Virus record (IMG/VR): IMGVR_UViG_3300032295_001490
Span: 1-37,863 of that record
DNA length: 37,863 nucleotides
Origin: a virus
Lineage: Duplodnaviria; Caudoviricetes
Reading direction: 5' to 3' (one strand)
Made by a program: the position numbers and the translations under genes. This document shows, piece after piece, positions 17,833 through 25,677 of the stretch; position 1 is the stretch's first letter; every line of letters begins with the position of its first letter. The notes below the pieces were generated by a model. The model made no database searches, had not been told where the DNA came from, and saw nothing but the letters and a program-made list of their open reading frames with translations.

Positions 17833-18214
17833 ACAGCAAATTACTGAGGCTGTAGTAGCAGAGATTCCCAAATCACATAGAATTTACCATGATCTACCAA
17901 TTGACGATGTAATGTTCAAGTGGTGGCAAACAGGTAGACAAGAAGGCCTTCGTTTAACTGAAGAGGGCGTTACTGGTTTTCATTTAGCTGAAATTGAATT
18001 CTATGATTACGAATTCAAACAAGATGGACAAAGTTATCACAGTTTTGTACTTGAACTGAATAAAAAAATCAAATGCCCCTATTACATTGGTGTAAATAAA
18101 AAAGACAAGGATAAGTCGTTCTACATTAGAGTTTACGACAGCAAGGTCGCAATGATGTTAGGATTGTATGGAAACTTGCAAGAGTATCTATCTTCTATAA
18201 AGGTAAAAAGATGA
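17813..18214 (+). CDS. hypothetical protein
   Basis: ORF track 17798..18214; ATG 17813. Confidence 0.7.
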   Translation: MTIKSIKQQITEAVVAEIPKSHRIYHDLPIDDVMFKWWQTGRQEGLRLTEEGVTGFHLAEIEFYDYEFKQDGQSYHSFVLELNKKIKCPYYIGVNKKDKDKSFYIRVYDSKVAMMLGLYGNLQEYLSSIKVKR

Positions 18215-18381
18215 CTGAAAAGAAAAACCCAAATCCATTCATTCAAATGGCACTAGAAGCAAAAGCACGTAATACTAAAATTACACCCGAAAAAGCTAAC
18301 CAAATTCAAAAAGCAAAAGCACCTAAACCAACTAAAGGCTTTGGGTCAACAGTTACAAGAAAAACGGGCAGGGGCGGCTAA
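18211..18381 (+). CDS. small basic protein (56 aa)
   Basis: Manual ORF MTEKKNPNPFIQMALEAKARN...RKTGRGG; ATGA overlap. Confidence 0.6.
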   Translation: MTEKKNPNPFIQMALEAKARNTKITPEKANQIQKAKAPKPTKGFGSTVTRKTGRGG

Positions 18382-18468
18382 ATAGTTGTCAACTGGCCTT
18401 GTCTCTGAGGCGTTATATATGTATACAGCAATAATTTCGTTCTGTATATTTTTAAAAGGAAACTTAAA

Positions 18469-18753
18469 ATGAAAACATTAGCAATCGCCCTAATCGCTAC
18501 ATTGTCAGTAGCAACAGCAATGGCTCAGAATACAGCCCCTGCCGCAAAACCAGCAACACCTGCTCCGGCAGCTACAGCACCGGCTGCACCTGCTAAAGCA
18601 GAAGCACCAAAAGAAGAAATGAAGTTGGCTAAGAAGAAAGAAGATGCTAAGGCCGCTCCTAAAGCAGATGCCACTAAAAGTGCACCTGCCAAGGACGAAA
18701 AGGCTGCAACAGCAACTGCTCCTAAAGCGGACGCCAAGCCAGCAGGCAAGTAA
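18469..18753 (+). CDS. secreted Ala/Lys/Pro-rich low-complexity protein
   Basis: Sec signal peptide MKTLAIALIATLSVATAMA (AMA cleavage), AAPAKA repeats, AAGGA SD. Confidence 0.8.
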   Translation: MKTLAIALIATLSVATAMAQNTAPAAKPATPAPAATAPAAPAKAEAPKEEMKLAKKKEDAKAAPKADATKSAPAKDEKAATATAPKADAKPAGK

Positions 18754-18937
18754 TCTAGAAGGCAGTGATGATTACGATGTAGTTGAAATAGACTTACATC
18801 GTAGTTATATAAGACCTAAACTAGTTAAAGTTAAGGATCTGTGGGATGATGACGCTGAATTACCAGATCACATCTTACAGAGACTAGCAGAAATTAGACA
18901 CAAGGCTCTAGAAAAATATAGAGAAACATGGGGCTAA
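18644..18937 (+). CDS. overlapping hypothetical ORF (start uncertain)
   Basis: The 3' part (18754-18937) looks protein-like and ends at a terminator; the only ATG lies inside the upstream gene. Confidence 0.45.
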   Translation: MLRPLLKQMPLKVHLPRTKRLQQQLLLKRTPSQQASNLEGSDDYDVVEIDLHRSYIRPKLVKVKDLWDDDAELPDHILQRLAEIRHKALEKYRETWG

Positions 18938-18954
18938 TGCCCCATTTCTCTTTT
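18928..18954 (+). terminator. intrinsic terminator
   Basis: ATGGGGC-TAAT-GCCCCAT followed by TTCTCTTTT. Confidence 0.7.
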
Positions 18955-19056
18955 ATAGACAAATATTTTGCGCTATAATACTAGTGTAAATACTAATAGA
19001 CAGTTGTAGTATCTGTTCAAAAAATCTACTTAAACACACTTACACAGGAGAAAATT

Positions 19057-19326
19057 ATGTTTAACACAGCAACTTACGCCGTTATCGATGGCGTTTCAGA
19101 CTTCAAAAAGAAATTCGTAGAACAAACAGTTCAACACGAAGGCATCAAAAATGCATTAAACGGTTTTGTTGATGCACAAGCAAAATATACTAAAGCAGCC
19201 GCAGACGCAGGAATGCAATCAGCTATGGCTTTGGGTATGATTTTCACAAGCAAAGATTTCTACACACAATTAGCTGACCAATACAAAGCAATGGTTCCAG
19301 CTTTCAATCAAAAGAAGGCTAAGTAA
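19057..19326 (+). CDS. small helical protein, possibly phasin-like
   Basis: AGGAG SD; amphipathic helical pattern. The phasin resemblance is recollection only. Confidence 0.55.
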   Translation: MFNTATYAVIDGVSDFKKKFVEQTVQHEGIKNALNGFVDAQAKYTKAAADAGMQSAMALGMIFTSKDFYTQLADQYKAMVPAFNQKKAK

Positions 19327-19328
19327 TT

Positions 19329-19493
19329 ATGAAACTTTTAGGAATGCTAATAGCGTTCCTAGGTTTCTCTACAGATACCTACGGAACAGCACTAGAAAAA
19401 TATATAGTAGGCAAAAACCCGCAAGATGTAGGCGACATAGATCGTTTGACATACGAGTTTCACCGCAAACAATCAGATTGGAGATTTCTATGA
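19329..19493 (+). CDS. small protein, DUF3563-like (54 aa)
   Basis: Manual ORF ...LEKYIVGKNPQDVGDIDRLTYEF..., similar to the YL.....D..DLE.R pattern. Confidence 0.5.
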   Translation: MKLLGMLIAFLGFSTDTYGTALEKYIVGKNPQDVGDIDRLTYEFHRKQSDWRFL

Positions 19494-19573
19494 ACACACT
19501 TAAACAATTTTTCAACAGCCTCTTAGAGGCAATTCGTGATATTAAAGAATATAAAGCGAGTAAAATGAAATGA
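19490..19573 (+). CDS. small peptide (27 aa)
   Basis: MNTLKQFFNSLLEAIRDIKEYKASKMK; GGAG SD; ATGA overlaps on both sides. Confidence 0.5.
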   Translation: MNTLKQFFNSLLEAIRDIKEYKASKMK

Positions 19574-19701
19574 ACCAATGGCAACCGATGACCGATGAAG
19601 ATTGGGAATGGGTTAATCATGGTACATTACCAAAACCCGTTGACATTCCAGTCAACACAAAATACAATAAACACACATACACTTTTAAGGAAATAAAATG
19701 A
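19570..19701 (+). CDS. small peptide (43 aa)
   Basis: MNQWQPMTDEDWEWVNHG...; ATGA overlaps on both sides. Confidence 0.45.
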   Translation: MNQWQPMTDEDWEWVNHGTLPKPVDIPVNTKYNKHTYTFKEIK

Positions 19702-19970
19702 CAGACTACACACCGAAATTACCCGAAGTTAAATTCAACAAAAACGGTTACGAAATCCGCTCAGATATTTTAGCTATGGCTAAAGACCTAGTTGGTCAAG
19801 AATATCAAATGAAATTTCATGGTTGGGAAATGAGCGCCAAGCGTGATGAAAAAACAGGTCAACTTGTATCTACAGTTGAAATGCCACAGTTCCCGGGCCT
19901 AGACAAGATCCTTGAGACTGCGGAAAAGATGTATGGATTTGTTAATCAAAGTACACAGTCTAAAAAGTAA
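19698..19970 (+). CDS. hypothetical protein
   Basis: ORF track, AAGGA SD. Confidence 0.75.
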   Translation: MTDYTPKLPEVKFNKNGYEIRSDILAMAKDLVGQEYQMKFHGWEMSAKRDEKTGQLVSTVEMPQFPGLDKILETAEKMYGFVNQSTQSKK

Positions 19971-19990
19971 TACTGTTGTATTCAAACAAC

Positions 19991-20014
19991 AGCCCTGCTA
20001 GTCGGGGCTTTTTT
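19991..20014 (+). terminator. intrinsic terminator
   Basis: AGCCCTG-CTAGT-CGGGGCT followed by a T tract. Confidence 0.75.
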
Positions 20015-20025
20015 GCATCCAAAAT

Positions 20026-20054
20026 TTGACAATAAATGGTTTTGGGCATATAAT
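20026..20054 (+). promoter_or_regulatory. repeated early promoter, copy 1
   Basis: TTGACA-ATAAATGGTTTTGGGCA-TATAAT. Confidence 0.9.
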
Positions 20055-20084
20055 ACATGTATTGAATCGAGAAAAGGAACTGAA

Positions 20085-20324
20085 ATGACTGAATTTGAAT
20101 CTAAGTGCTACGGTATGTCTGAGTCTGATATCCGTACACAATACATGGAAAGCATCACTGCTAAGTTTTCTGGTCTGGAAATGGTTGTGATGGGCATCAT
20201 GTCTGACTGCCAAGAAATGATGGCAATGGGCACTGGCCCCCGCTCGGTTGAACACGTTCGTAAGCAAATGAACGTTGCTAAGTTCATCCTGTCTGAAATG
20301 ATGGAAGCAAAGCAACCGGTTTGA
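20085..20324 (+). CDS. hypothetical early protein
   Basis: ATG 20085 after AAGGA; directly behind the promoter. Confidence 0.75.
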   Translation: MTEFESKCYGMSESDIRTQYMESITAKFSGLEMVVMGIMSDCQEMMAMGTGPRSVEHVRKQMNVAKFILSEMMEAKQPV

Positions 20325-20349
20325 CAATAAATCGGTTTGGGTCTATAAT
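20321..20349 (+). promoter_or_regulatory. repeated early promoter, copy 2
   Basis: TTGACA-ATAAATCGGTTTGGGTC-TATAAT. Confidence 0.9.
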
Positions 20350-20381
20350 ACATACATTCACTCGAAACAAAGGACAAACAA

Positions 20382-21026
20382 ATGGCTCGCTATCAACGCC
20401 CTGTTTTTAAGTTCAACGCCGACGATGTTTGGGCGGCAGCTTGTGCGGCTCAACGCATCAACGGTTCATATGTTAAGATGGTCCCTGCCGATCAGAAGGG
20501 TGACACCAATCGTCAAATCGTTGACATGTTCCTGGGTCAGCCTGATCTGATTCAACAAGCCGATCGTGACCTTGCTGAGAAGGTTCGCACGTACTACAAA
20601 GGCTTTACCTTCAAGATCCTGAAGGGCATCAAGCTAAGTGACTTTGACAACACTGCAATGGTTATCGCTAACCGTGATGTTATTGAGTCCAACTATGACC
20701 TCGCTGTTATCTGCTCACTGCCTAGTTGCTATGAGCGTGGTGTCAAGCGTGATAGTCTCAACCAGCGTATTGATTTTGCTAACGGTGGCACGATTGGTGT
20801 TCCTGGCAACAAGGTTCGCATTGAAGGTGCTGAGGTTATCAAGTGCAATTTCTCACAGCAATACAACACCTTCTTTGTGACTTGTATTACAAAGGAAGAT
20901 CAAGTGGTGTTCTTTGCACTGCGTAAGGATGTTCCACTCGGTCAGGTCGTAAACATCGAAGGTACTATCAAGAGCCATCGTGATAGCAACACCACTCAAC
21001 TTAACCGTGCAAAGGTATATTTCTAA
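20382..21026 (+). CDS. hypothetical protein with probable C-terminal OB fold
   Basis: Beta-rich C-terminus (IG..G.KV...GTIKSH...TQLNRAK). Confidence 0.6.
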   Translation: MARYQRPVFKFNADDVWAAACAAQRINGSYVKMVPADQKGDTNRQIVDMFLGQPDLIQQADRDLAEKVRTYYKGFTFKILKGIKLSDFDNTAMVIANRDVIESNYDLAVICSLPSCYERGVKRDSLNQRIDFANGGTIGVPGNKVRIEGAEVIKCNFSQQYNTFFVTCITKEDQVVFFALRKDVPLGQVVNIEGTIKSHRDSNTTQLNRAKVYF

Positions 21027-21235
21027 TGGAATTACAACTTAAAACAGAGCGTCAACATAAAATTGCTGACTTTCTTTGGCAGGCACAGGATCAGGAAATG
21101 GTGAACTTGATTCTTAAAACATTTGGACATGATGCACACATTGTATACAATATGATGGTTGCATCTATACTAGATGATGATGAATCTACTGATGTAGCCG
21201 AACAGGAACTATTTAAAATTTTTAGTAAGGAGTAA
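21026..21235 (+). CDS. hypothetical protein
   Basis: ORF track, TAATG coupling. Confidence 0.7.
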   Translation: MELQLKTERQHKIADFLWQAQDQEMVNLILKTFGHDAHIVYNMMVASILDDDESTDVAEQELFKIFSKE

Positions 21236-21237
21236 AT

Positions 21238-21645
21238 ATGGGACTCGATATGTATGCATACGCTGGTCGTTCCGGTCAACGAGATGAATTTTATGAGAAG
21301 GCTGTATGGAACGAAGATACCAAAGAGTTTGATAGTCCGGTTTCTAAACCCGTTGAACTTGCCTACTGGCGCAAACACCCTTCACTGCATGGTTGGATGG
21401 AGAAACTTGCAGAACGAAAAAATCTAGAGTACAGTAGTTTCAATGGTGTTGAACTTGAACTAACTTGGGAAGACATTGATGAACTTGAACAAGCGATTCG
21501 TCATGGTCAGCTTCCATTCACTGAGGGTTTCTTCTTTGGCGAGCCGGCTGATAATGTTTACTACGAAGAAGACCTCAAGTTTTGTGTTGATGCTAAGGCA
21601 GAATTGTTTTTAGGCTTCAAAGTATTTTATAACAGTAGCTGGTGA
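21238..21645 (+). CDS. conserved hypothetical phage protein (MGLDMY...YWRK...SSW type)
   Basis: TAAGGAG SD; motif pattern common in phage early regions. Confidence 0.75.
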   Translation: MGLDMYAYAGRSGQRDEFYEKAVWNEDTKEFDSPVSKPVELAYWRKHPSLHGWMEKLAERKNLEYSSFNGVELELTWEDIDELEQAIRHGQLPFTEGFFFGEPADNVYYEEDLKFCVDAKAELFLGFKVFYNSSW

Positions 21646-21755
21646 TGTATATCACAAACAAATACGATTCAATCAGACTGCCCTACAGTGAAGAACTGTT
21701 AGAGTGGCTGATTGAAACTTACCCATTCTCACAGTACCGGGCGGTTGACAAATAA
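21645..21755 (+). CDS. small protein (36 aa)
   Basis: Manual ORF MYITNKYDSIRLPYSEELLEWLIETYPFSQYRAVDK; TGATG coupling. Confidence 0.55.
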   Translation: MYITNKYDSIRLPYSEELLEWLIETYPFSQYRAVDK

Positions 21756-21773
21756 TCCAATCCCTGCTATAAT
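21745..21773 (+). promoter_or_regulatory. sigma70 promoter for DNA ligase
   Basis: TTGACA-17-TATAAT with extended TG. Confidence 0.85.
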
Positions 21774-21800
21774 ACTTGTATAAATTGATAGAGGAACTAC

Positions 21801-23147
21801 ATGTCTGCATCTTGGATTAACAAACTAAACGAATCTGATAGTCGCCTGCACAAAGAGGACATCATCCTGCAGGCACGTGAAGCCGCTACTCTAGGTAGCA
21901 CTAACGCACAAATCTTTCTAGGCTTTCTCAAAGCCTGTTACAACCCCTACGTGACATTCGGTGTCAAGCAAATTCCCGATACAGTAGGTATCACCGGTGC
22001 AGAAAATCCCTGGACTGACTTTAACGAACTTATGTTGCAACTAAGTCAACGTAGATTGACTGGTCATGCCGCACGTGATGCTATTCTAGAAATGGCAGAA
22101 CGGTTTGATAGTACTGAGTGGAATACATTCCTTGCTCCTGTATTGCGTAGAGACATGCGCGCCGGCATCAGTGACAAGACTATCAATAAAATCTGTAAGG
22201 GTACTGATTACGAAATCCCAATCTTTGGTTGCCAACTTGCAACTAACAGCGAAGGTCGTCCTGAAATGAAGGGGACAAAACGACTCGAACCAAAGCTTGA
22301 TGGTGTTCGTGTTTTGATGACGGTTATTCCTAGCGACTTCGGTGTTACTGTTATCAGCTACAGCCGCAACGGTAAATTGTTTGAGAACTTTACTCACATT
22401 GAAGAACAAATTTCATTGAATTGGACAACAATGGTACGTGCATGTGCCGGTGTTGACCAAGGTCGTAGTCTCGTTGATGGTTTTGTGCTTGACGGTGAAG
22501 TGATCGGTAATACATTCCAAGAACTCATGCGACAAGCACGCCGTAAGAGTGATGTACAGGCTGATGACAGTGTGTTTAATATCTTTGACATTATCCCACT
22601 ACAAGACTTCCGTCGTGGTCACTGGAATGCTCAACTGAAAAAGCGTATTGCTTTGCTTGATAATATGCGACCCGTAATACACAATCTGCCTAATGTTGAA
22701 TTGTTGCCTCACATTATGGTTGACCTTGACACTGCCGCAGGCAAGGATCAACTTGAACGCTATGCTAAAGACAATGTGAACGCAGGCTTTGAAGGCATTA
22801 TGATTAAGAACATGGATGCTCCTTATTTGTGCAAGCGTAGTACTGATTGGATGAAGTGGAAGCCAACTATCACTGTAGACTTAGAGGTTGTAGGTGTTGA
22901 AGAAGGTACTGGACGTAATGTAGGACGTTTGGGAGCACTTGTTTGTGCAGGCATAGATGACGGCAAAGAAATCTCAGTCAATGTCGGTAGTGGTTTTTCT
23001 GATGCTGATAGAGATGATTATTGGATTAACCGTAACATGGTTATTGGTCGAACTGCTGAGGTTTTGTGTGATGTGATTACACAGAACCAAGATGGTACTT
23101 ACAGTTTGCGTTTCCCCCGCTTTGTTCGTTTTAGGGATGACAAATGA
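21801..23147 (+). CDS. lig: ATP-dependent DNA ligase
   Basis: EPKLDGVR (adenylation Lys), SRNGK, LDGE, EGIMIK, WMKWK, VGSGF and SLRFPRF. Confidence 0.95.
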   Translation: MSASWINKLNESDSRLHKEDIILQAREAATLGSTNAQIFLGFLKACYNPYVTFGVKQIPDTVGITGAENPWTDFNELMLQLSQRRLTGHAARDAILEMAERFDSTEWNTFLAPVLRRDMRAGISDKTINKICKGTDYEIPIFGCQLATNSEGRPEMKGTKRLEPKLDGVRVLMTVIPSDFGVTVISYSRNGKLFENFTHIEEQISLNWTTMVRACAGVDQGRSLVDGFVLDGEVIGNTFQELMRQARRKSDVQADDSVFNIFDIIPLQDFRRGHWNAQLKKRIALLDNMRPVIHNLPNVELLPHIMVDLDTAAGKDQLERYAKDNVNAGFEGIMIKNMDAPYLCKRSTDWMKWKPTITVDLEVVGVEEGTGRNVGRLGALVCAGIDDGKEISVNVGSGFSDADRDDYWINRNMVIGRTAEVLCDVITQNQDGTYSLRFPRFVRFRDDK

Positions 23148-23452
23148 ATAAGTTTAGACCACATGATTTGCCAAAACGTTTTACAATTAAAGAACGGTTA
23201 AGATATGGTTATTGTCTTGGTAGCTACAACTGGCAGAGCCGCACTAAATGGTACCCTGCAGGCTGGGGTTATAACAAACAAGTGTTAGGTGGCATTCACG
23301 GTCGCCTTCACTATCTAGCATGTCACTCACCAAAACCCATTCAACAGAAATGGGCTAAAACGTACAAAGTTTTTCAAGATAAACACTTTGGTAATTTAGG
23401 TAAGGCTAGTATGCGTTATCTTAATACTTGGTCTTGTCATAGTTGGATGTAA
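23144..23452 (+). CDS. hypothetical protein
   Basis: ORF track, ATGA overlap. Confidence 0.65.
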   Translation: MNKFRPHDLPKRFTIKERLRYGYCLGSYNWQSRTKWYPAGWGYNKQVLGGIHGRLHYLACHSPKPIQQKWAKTYKVFQDKHFGNLGKASMRYLNTWSCHSWM

Positions 23453-23453
23453 T

Positions 23454-23600
23454 ATGAACAAAGAAACACTATACACAATTCGTTGGACTCAATCTTATCC
23501 TGAACTAGAGGAGCACCTTGCTCAACTACGTGAGTATTTGGTTGAATCATCTGAGTACAAAGAAGCAAATGAACTTATTGAAAGGATTAAAAAGTTATGA
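23454..23600 (+). CDS. hypothetical protein (48 aa)
   Basis: Manual ORF MNKETLYTIRWTQSYPELEEH... Confidence 0.55.
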   Translation: MNKETLYTIRWTQSYPELEEHLAQLREYLVESSEYKEANELIERIKKL

Positions 23601-23773
23601 TTAAACTGCTATTGATTTTTGGATTGTTGTTCGCAGGGTTCTATATGGGCATACAGGCACTTAGAACATTACAAGAAAAGGAAGTTTGGGGGTTGACAAA
23701 GATGATAGGGTACAGTATACTATGCTCACTGTTGACGATTGTAGTGTTGGCTTCAATCGTTGTCGTTTTTTAA
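23597..23773 (+). CDS. small two-TM membrane protein (58 aa)
   Basis: Manual ORF MIKLLLIFGLLFAGFYMGIQAL...LLTIVVLASIVVVF; AAGGA SD. Confidence 0.6.
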   Translation: MIKLLLIFGLLFAGFYMGIQALRTLQEKEVWGLTKMIGYSILCSLLTIVVLASIVVVF

Positions 23774-23781
23774 GGAATCAT

Positions 23782-23868
23782 ATGATTAGTGATTTTTGGA
23801 TTAGACCCTTATATTTTGCATTGGGTTTTTGTGTGTGTGTTTTTCTTTTTTCTACTGGAGTTTTATAA
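23782..23868 (+). CDS. small membrane peptide (28 aa)
   Basis: MISDFWIRPLYFALGFCVCVFLFSTGVL after TAAGGA. Confidence 0.5.
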   Translation: MISDFWIRPLYFALGFCVCVFLFSTGVL

Positions 23869-24665
23869 TGAATCGTTTTATTAAAGTTGGTTTTGTTCTC
23901 GCCGCAGTTGCTTTGACTTCTGCATGTACTCGTATTGAAACTGGTGAGGTCGGCGTTCGTGTCGGCTTTGACAAACAGGTTCAATCAGGTGAACTCTTGC
24001 CTGGCTCATTCAATCAGACCTTGATTGGTGATGTGCTTACATTCCCTATCAAGGACGTTAATGTAGCGTTGAATGACATGACTCCTGTTGCCAAAGACAA
24101 CTCGACAATGAAAGACTTTGATGCTGTGGTTGTTTACAACATCAACCCCGCACAAGTGGCAGAATTGTATTCAACCAAGAACAAGGCTTTCCACGCTGAG
24201 TTTAAAGGTGATACTTATGTGATGTACAACTACATTGTTCAAAATGCTCGTAATGCTATCTACAAAGCCGCACGAAAGTATGAGGCATTGGACATGGCAG
24301 ATGCTCGTAGCGAAATGGAAAAGTTCATTCAAGATGAAATCGTTCGCAACTTGGCAGAAGAAAAGTTGGACGGTACTATTATGATTAGCCAAGTATTGAT
24401 TCGTAACGTTGTACCAGCAGATGCAGTAGTTGAATCAGCCAATGCATTGGTTCGTAGTAAGAACGAATTGAAGCAGAAGGAAGTTGAAGTCAAGACTGCC
24501 GAAGCAGAAGCACGCCGAATGGCAGCACTTGCAAACAACTCAAGTAGCTCAATTGCTTTCATGCAAGCACAGGCTATGTTGAACATCTCTGAAGGTATCA
24601 AAGCAGGTAAGGTTCAGACTATTGTTGTTCCAAGTAACTTCAATGCGCTAATGATGCCTAAATAA
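23868..24665 (+). CDS. SPFH/Band 7/prohibitin-domain lipoprotein
   Basis: ATG 23868; lipobox LTSAC; IETGEVGVRV; C-terminal coiled coil AEAEARR. Confidence 0.85.
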   Translation: MNRFIKVGFVLAAVALTSACTRIETGEVGVRVGFDKQVQSGELLPGSFNQTLIGDVLTFPIKDVNVALNDMTPVAKDNSTMKDFDAVVVYNINPAQVAELYSTKNKAFHAEFKGDTYVMYNYIVQNARNAIYKAARKYEALDMADARSEMEKFIQDEIVRNLAEEKLDGTIMISQVLIRNVVPADAVVESANALVRSKNELKQKEVEVKTAEAEARRMAALANNSSSSIAFMQAQAMLNISEGIKAGKVQTIVVPSNFNALMMPK

Positions 24666-24670
24666 ACACA

Positions 24671-24943
24671 ATGAATCTTGCTGACTATTTTGCGCTAAAC
24701 AGATATCACGGCAAGTATCAAATAGGAGACCGTATCATTGGTAAATGGCACGGTATCCCATTTGTGGGTACAGTGTACAATGATAGCGTAGTCTCTGAAA
24801 TTGAGGGTCCTAAGCTATCTGTACATTCCGACTTGCCTATCAAGTACAAAGATAAGTATTACAACATTATCAACCCCAAACACAAAGATGTACGCAAACT
24901 TAAAGAAATAGGAGAAAAAGATGGTAACAATCGTAAAGCATGA
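24671..24943 (+). CDS. hypothetical protein
   Basis: ORF track. Confidence 0.7.
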   Translation: MNLADYFALNRYHGKYQIGDRIIGKWHGIPFVGTVYNDSVVSEIEGPKLSVHSDLPIKYKDKYYNIINPKHKDVRKLKEIGEKDGNNRKA

Positions 24944-25451
24944 ATGGCATCAACACGATAGACAATATGCTATTGAACTTGATGAAGCACTATTGAGTGA
25001 AATCTATCCTGACTTGGATGAAGATGAGATTGCACAGAAACTTGCAGATATTGAATCAGGTGAAGTTGACTACGAAGAAGTTATCAATGATGCCTACGAA
25101 AATGACGTAGAGATTGAATGGGACTTTCAATACGATGACTGCTGGACTGACCGCAAAGGTGGGTATGATGTTACCTACGAACTAGGTGATGAAGATAGTT
25201 GGCATCACGAACCCGAACCTGACCCACCAACACACAAGTGTACTAACTGTAAGTGGGAAGGTAGTGAGTATGAGGCTGATTGGCAATGGCAAGACAAAGA
25301 CGGCAATGACTTAGATGAAGCTAAAAAGGTTTGTAAGTATTGCGAAAGCGACATTGCACTGACTGAGTTTGGTATTCAAAAAGAAAAAGAAAGTGCTGAA
25401 CGTACTGCACGATGGGCTAAAGAAGCAGAAGAGGGTGAGGAAGATGAATGA
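24921..25451 (+). CDS. acidic protein with C-terminal CxxC...CxxC zinc ribbon
   Basis: CTNC and CKYC; AGGAG SD; very D/E-rich. Confidence 0.75.
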   Translation: MVTIVKHEWHQHDRQYAIELDEALLSEIYPDLDEDEIAQKLADIESGEVDYEEVINDAYENDVEIEWDFQYDDCWTDRKGGYDVTYELGDEDSWHHEPEPDPPTHKCTNCKWEGSEYEADWQWQDKDGNDLDEAKKVCKYCESDIALTEFGIQKEKESAERTARWAKEAEEGEEDE

Positions 25452-25663
25452 TTGACCTATTAGGCAAGTCACATAGATTTGAAGATGGAGATAGCATTAC
25501 TGTCACGCAAATTAAATTGCGTGACGGCAATGAACAATGGGTTACGTATAGCATCCAACAAGGTCCTGGTATTGCTAGGCGTATGGTGATGCCTTTGTTC
25601 GAGTTTGTTGGTACATACGGGCATTTGTTCGGAGTAAGCGAAGATAATTTGCCGGGACAATGA
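25448..25663 (+). CDS. hypothetical protein
   Basis: ORF track, ATGA overlap. Confidence 0.65.
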   Translation: MIDLLGKSHRFEDGDSITVTQIKLRDGNEQWVTYSIQQGPGIARRMVMPLFEFVGTYGHLFGVSEDNLPGQ

Positions 25664-25677
25664 CTAAATACTAGCTT

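Noticed and set aside
20013-20084. ORF extensions or ORFs translating the promoter repeat (FDNKWFWAYN; also 34913..35110, 33642..33908 and minus-strand MYYIPK ORFs)
   Set aside because: Artefacts of reading through the repeated promoter; real starts lie downstream of the SD.
23695-23721. TTGACA...TATACT as a promoter
   Set aside because: The spacer is shorter than the 16-18 nt expected and it lies inside a plausible membrane-protein ORF.
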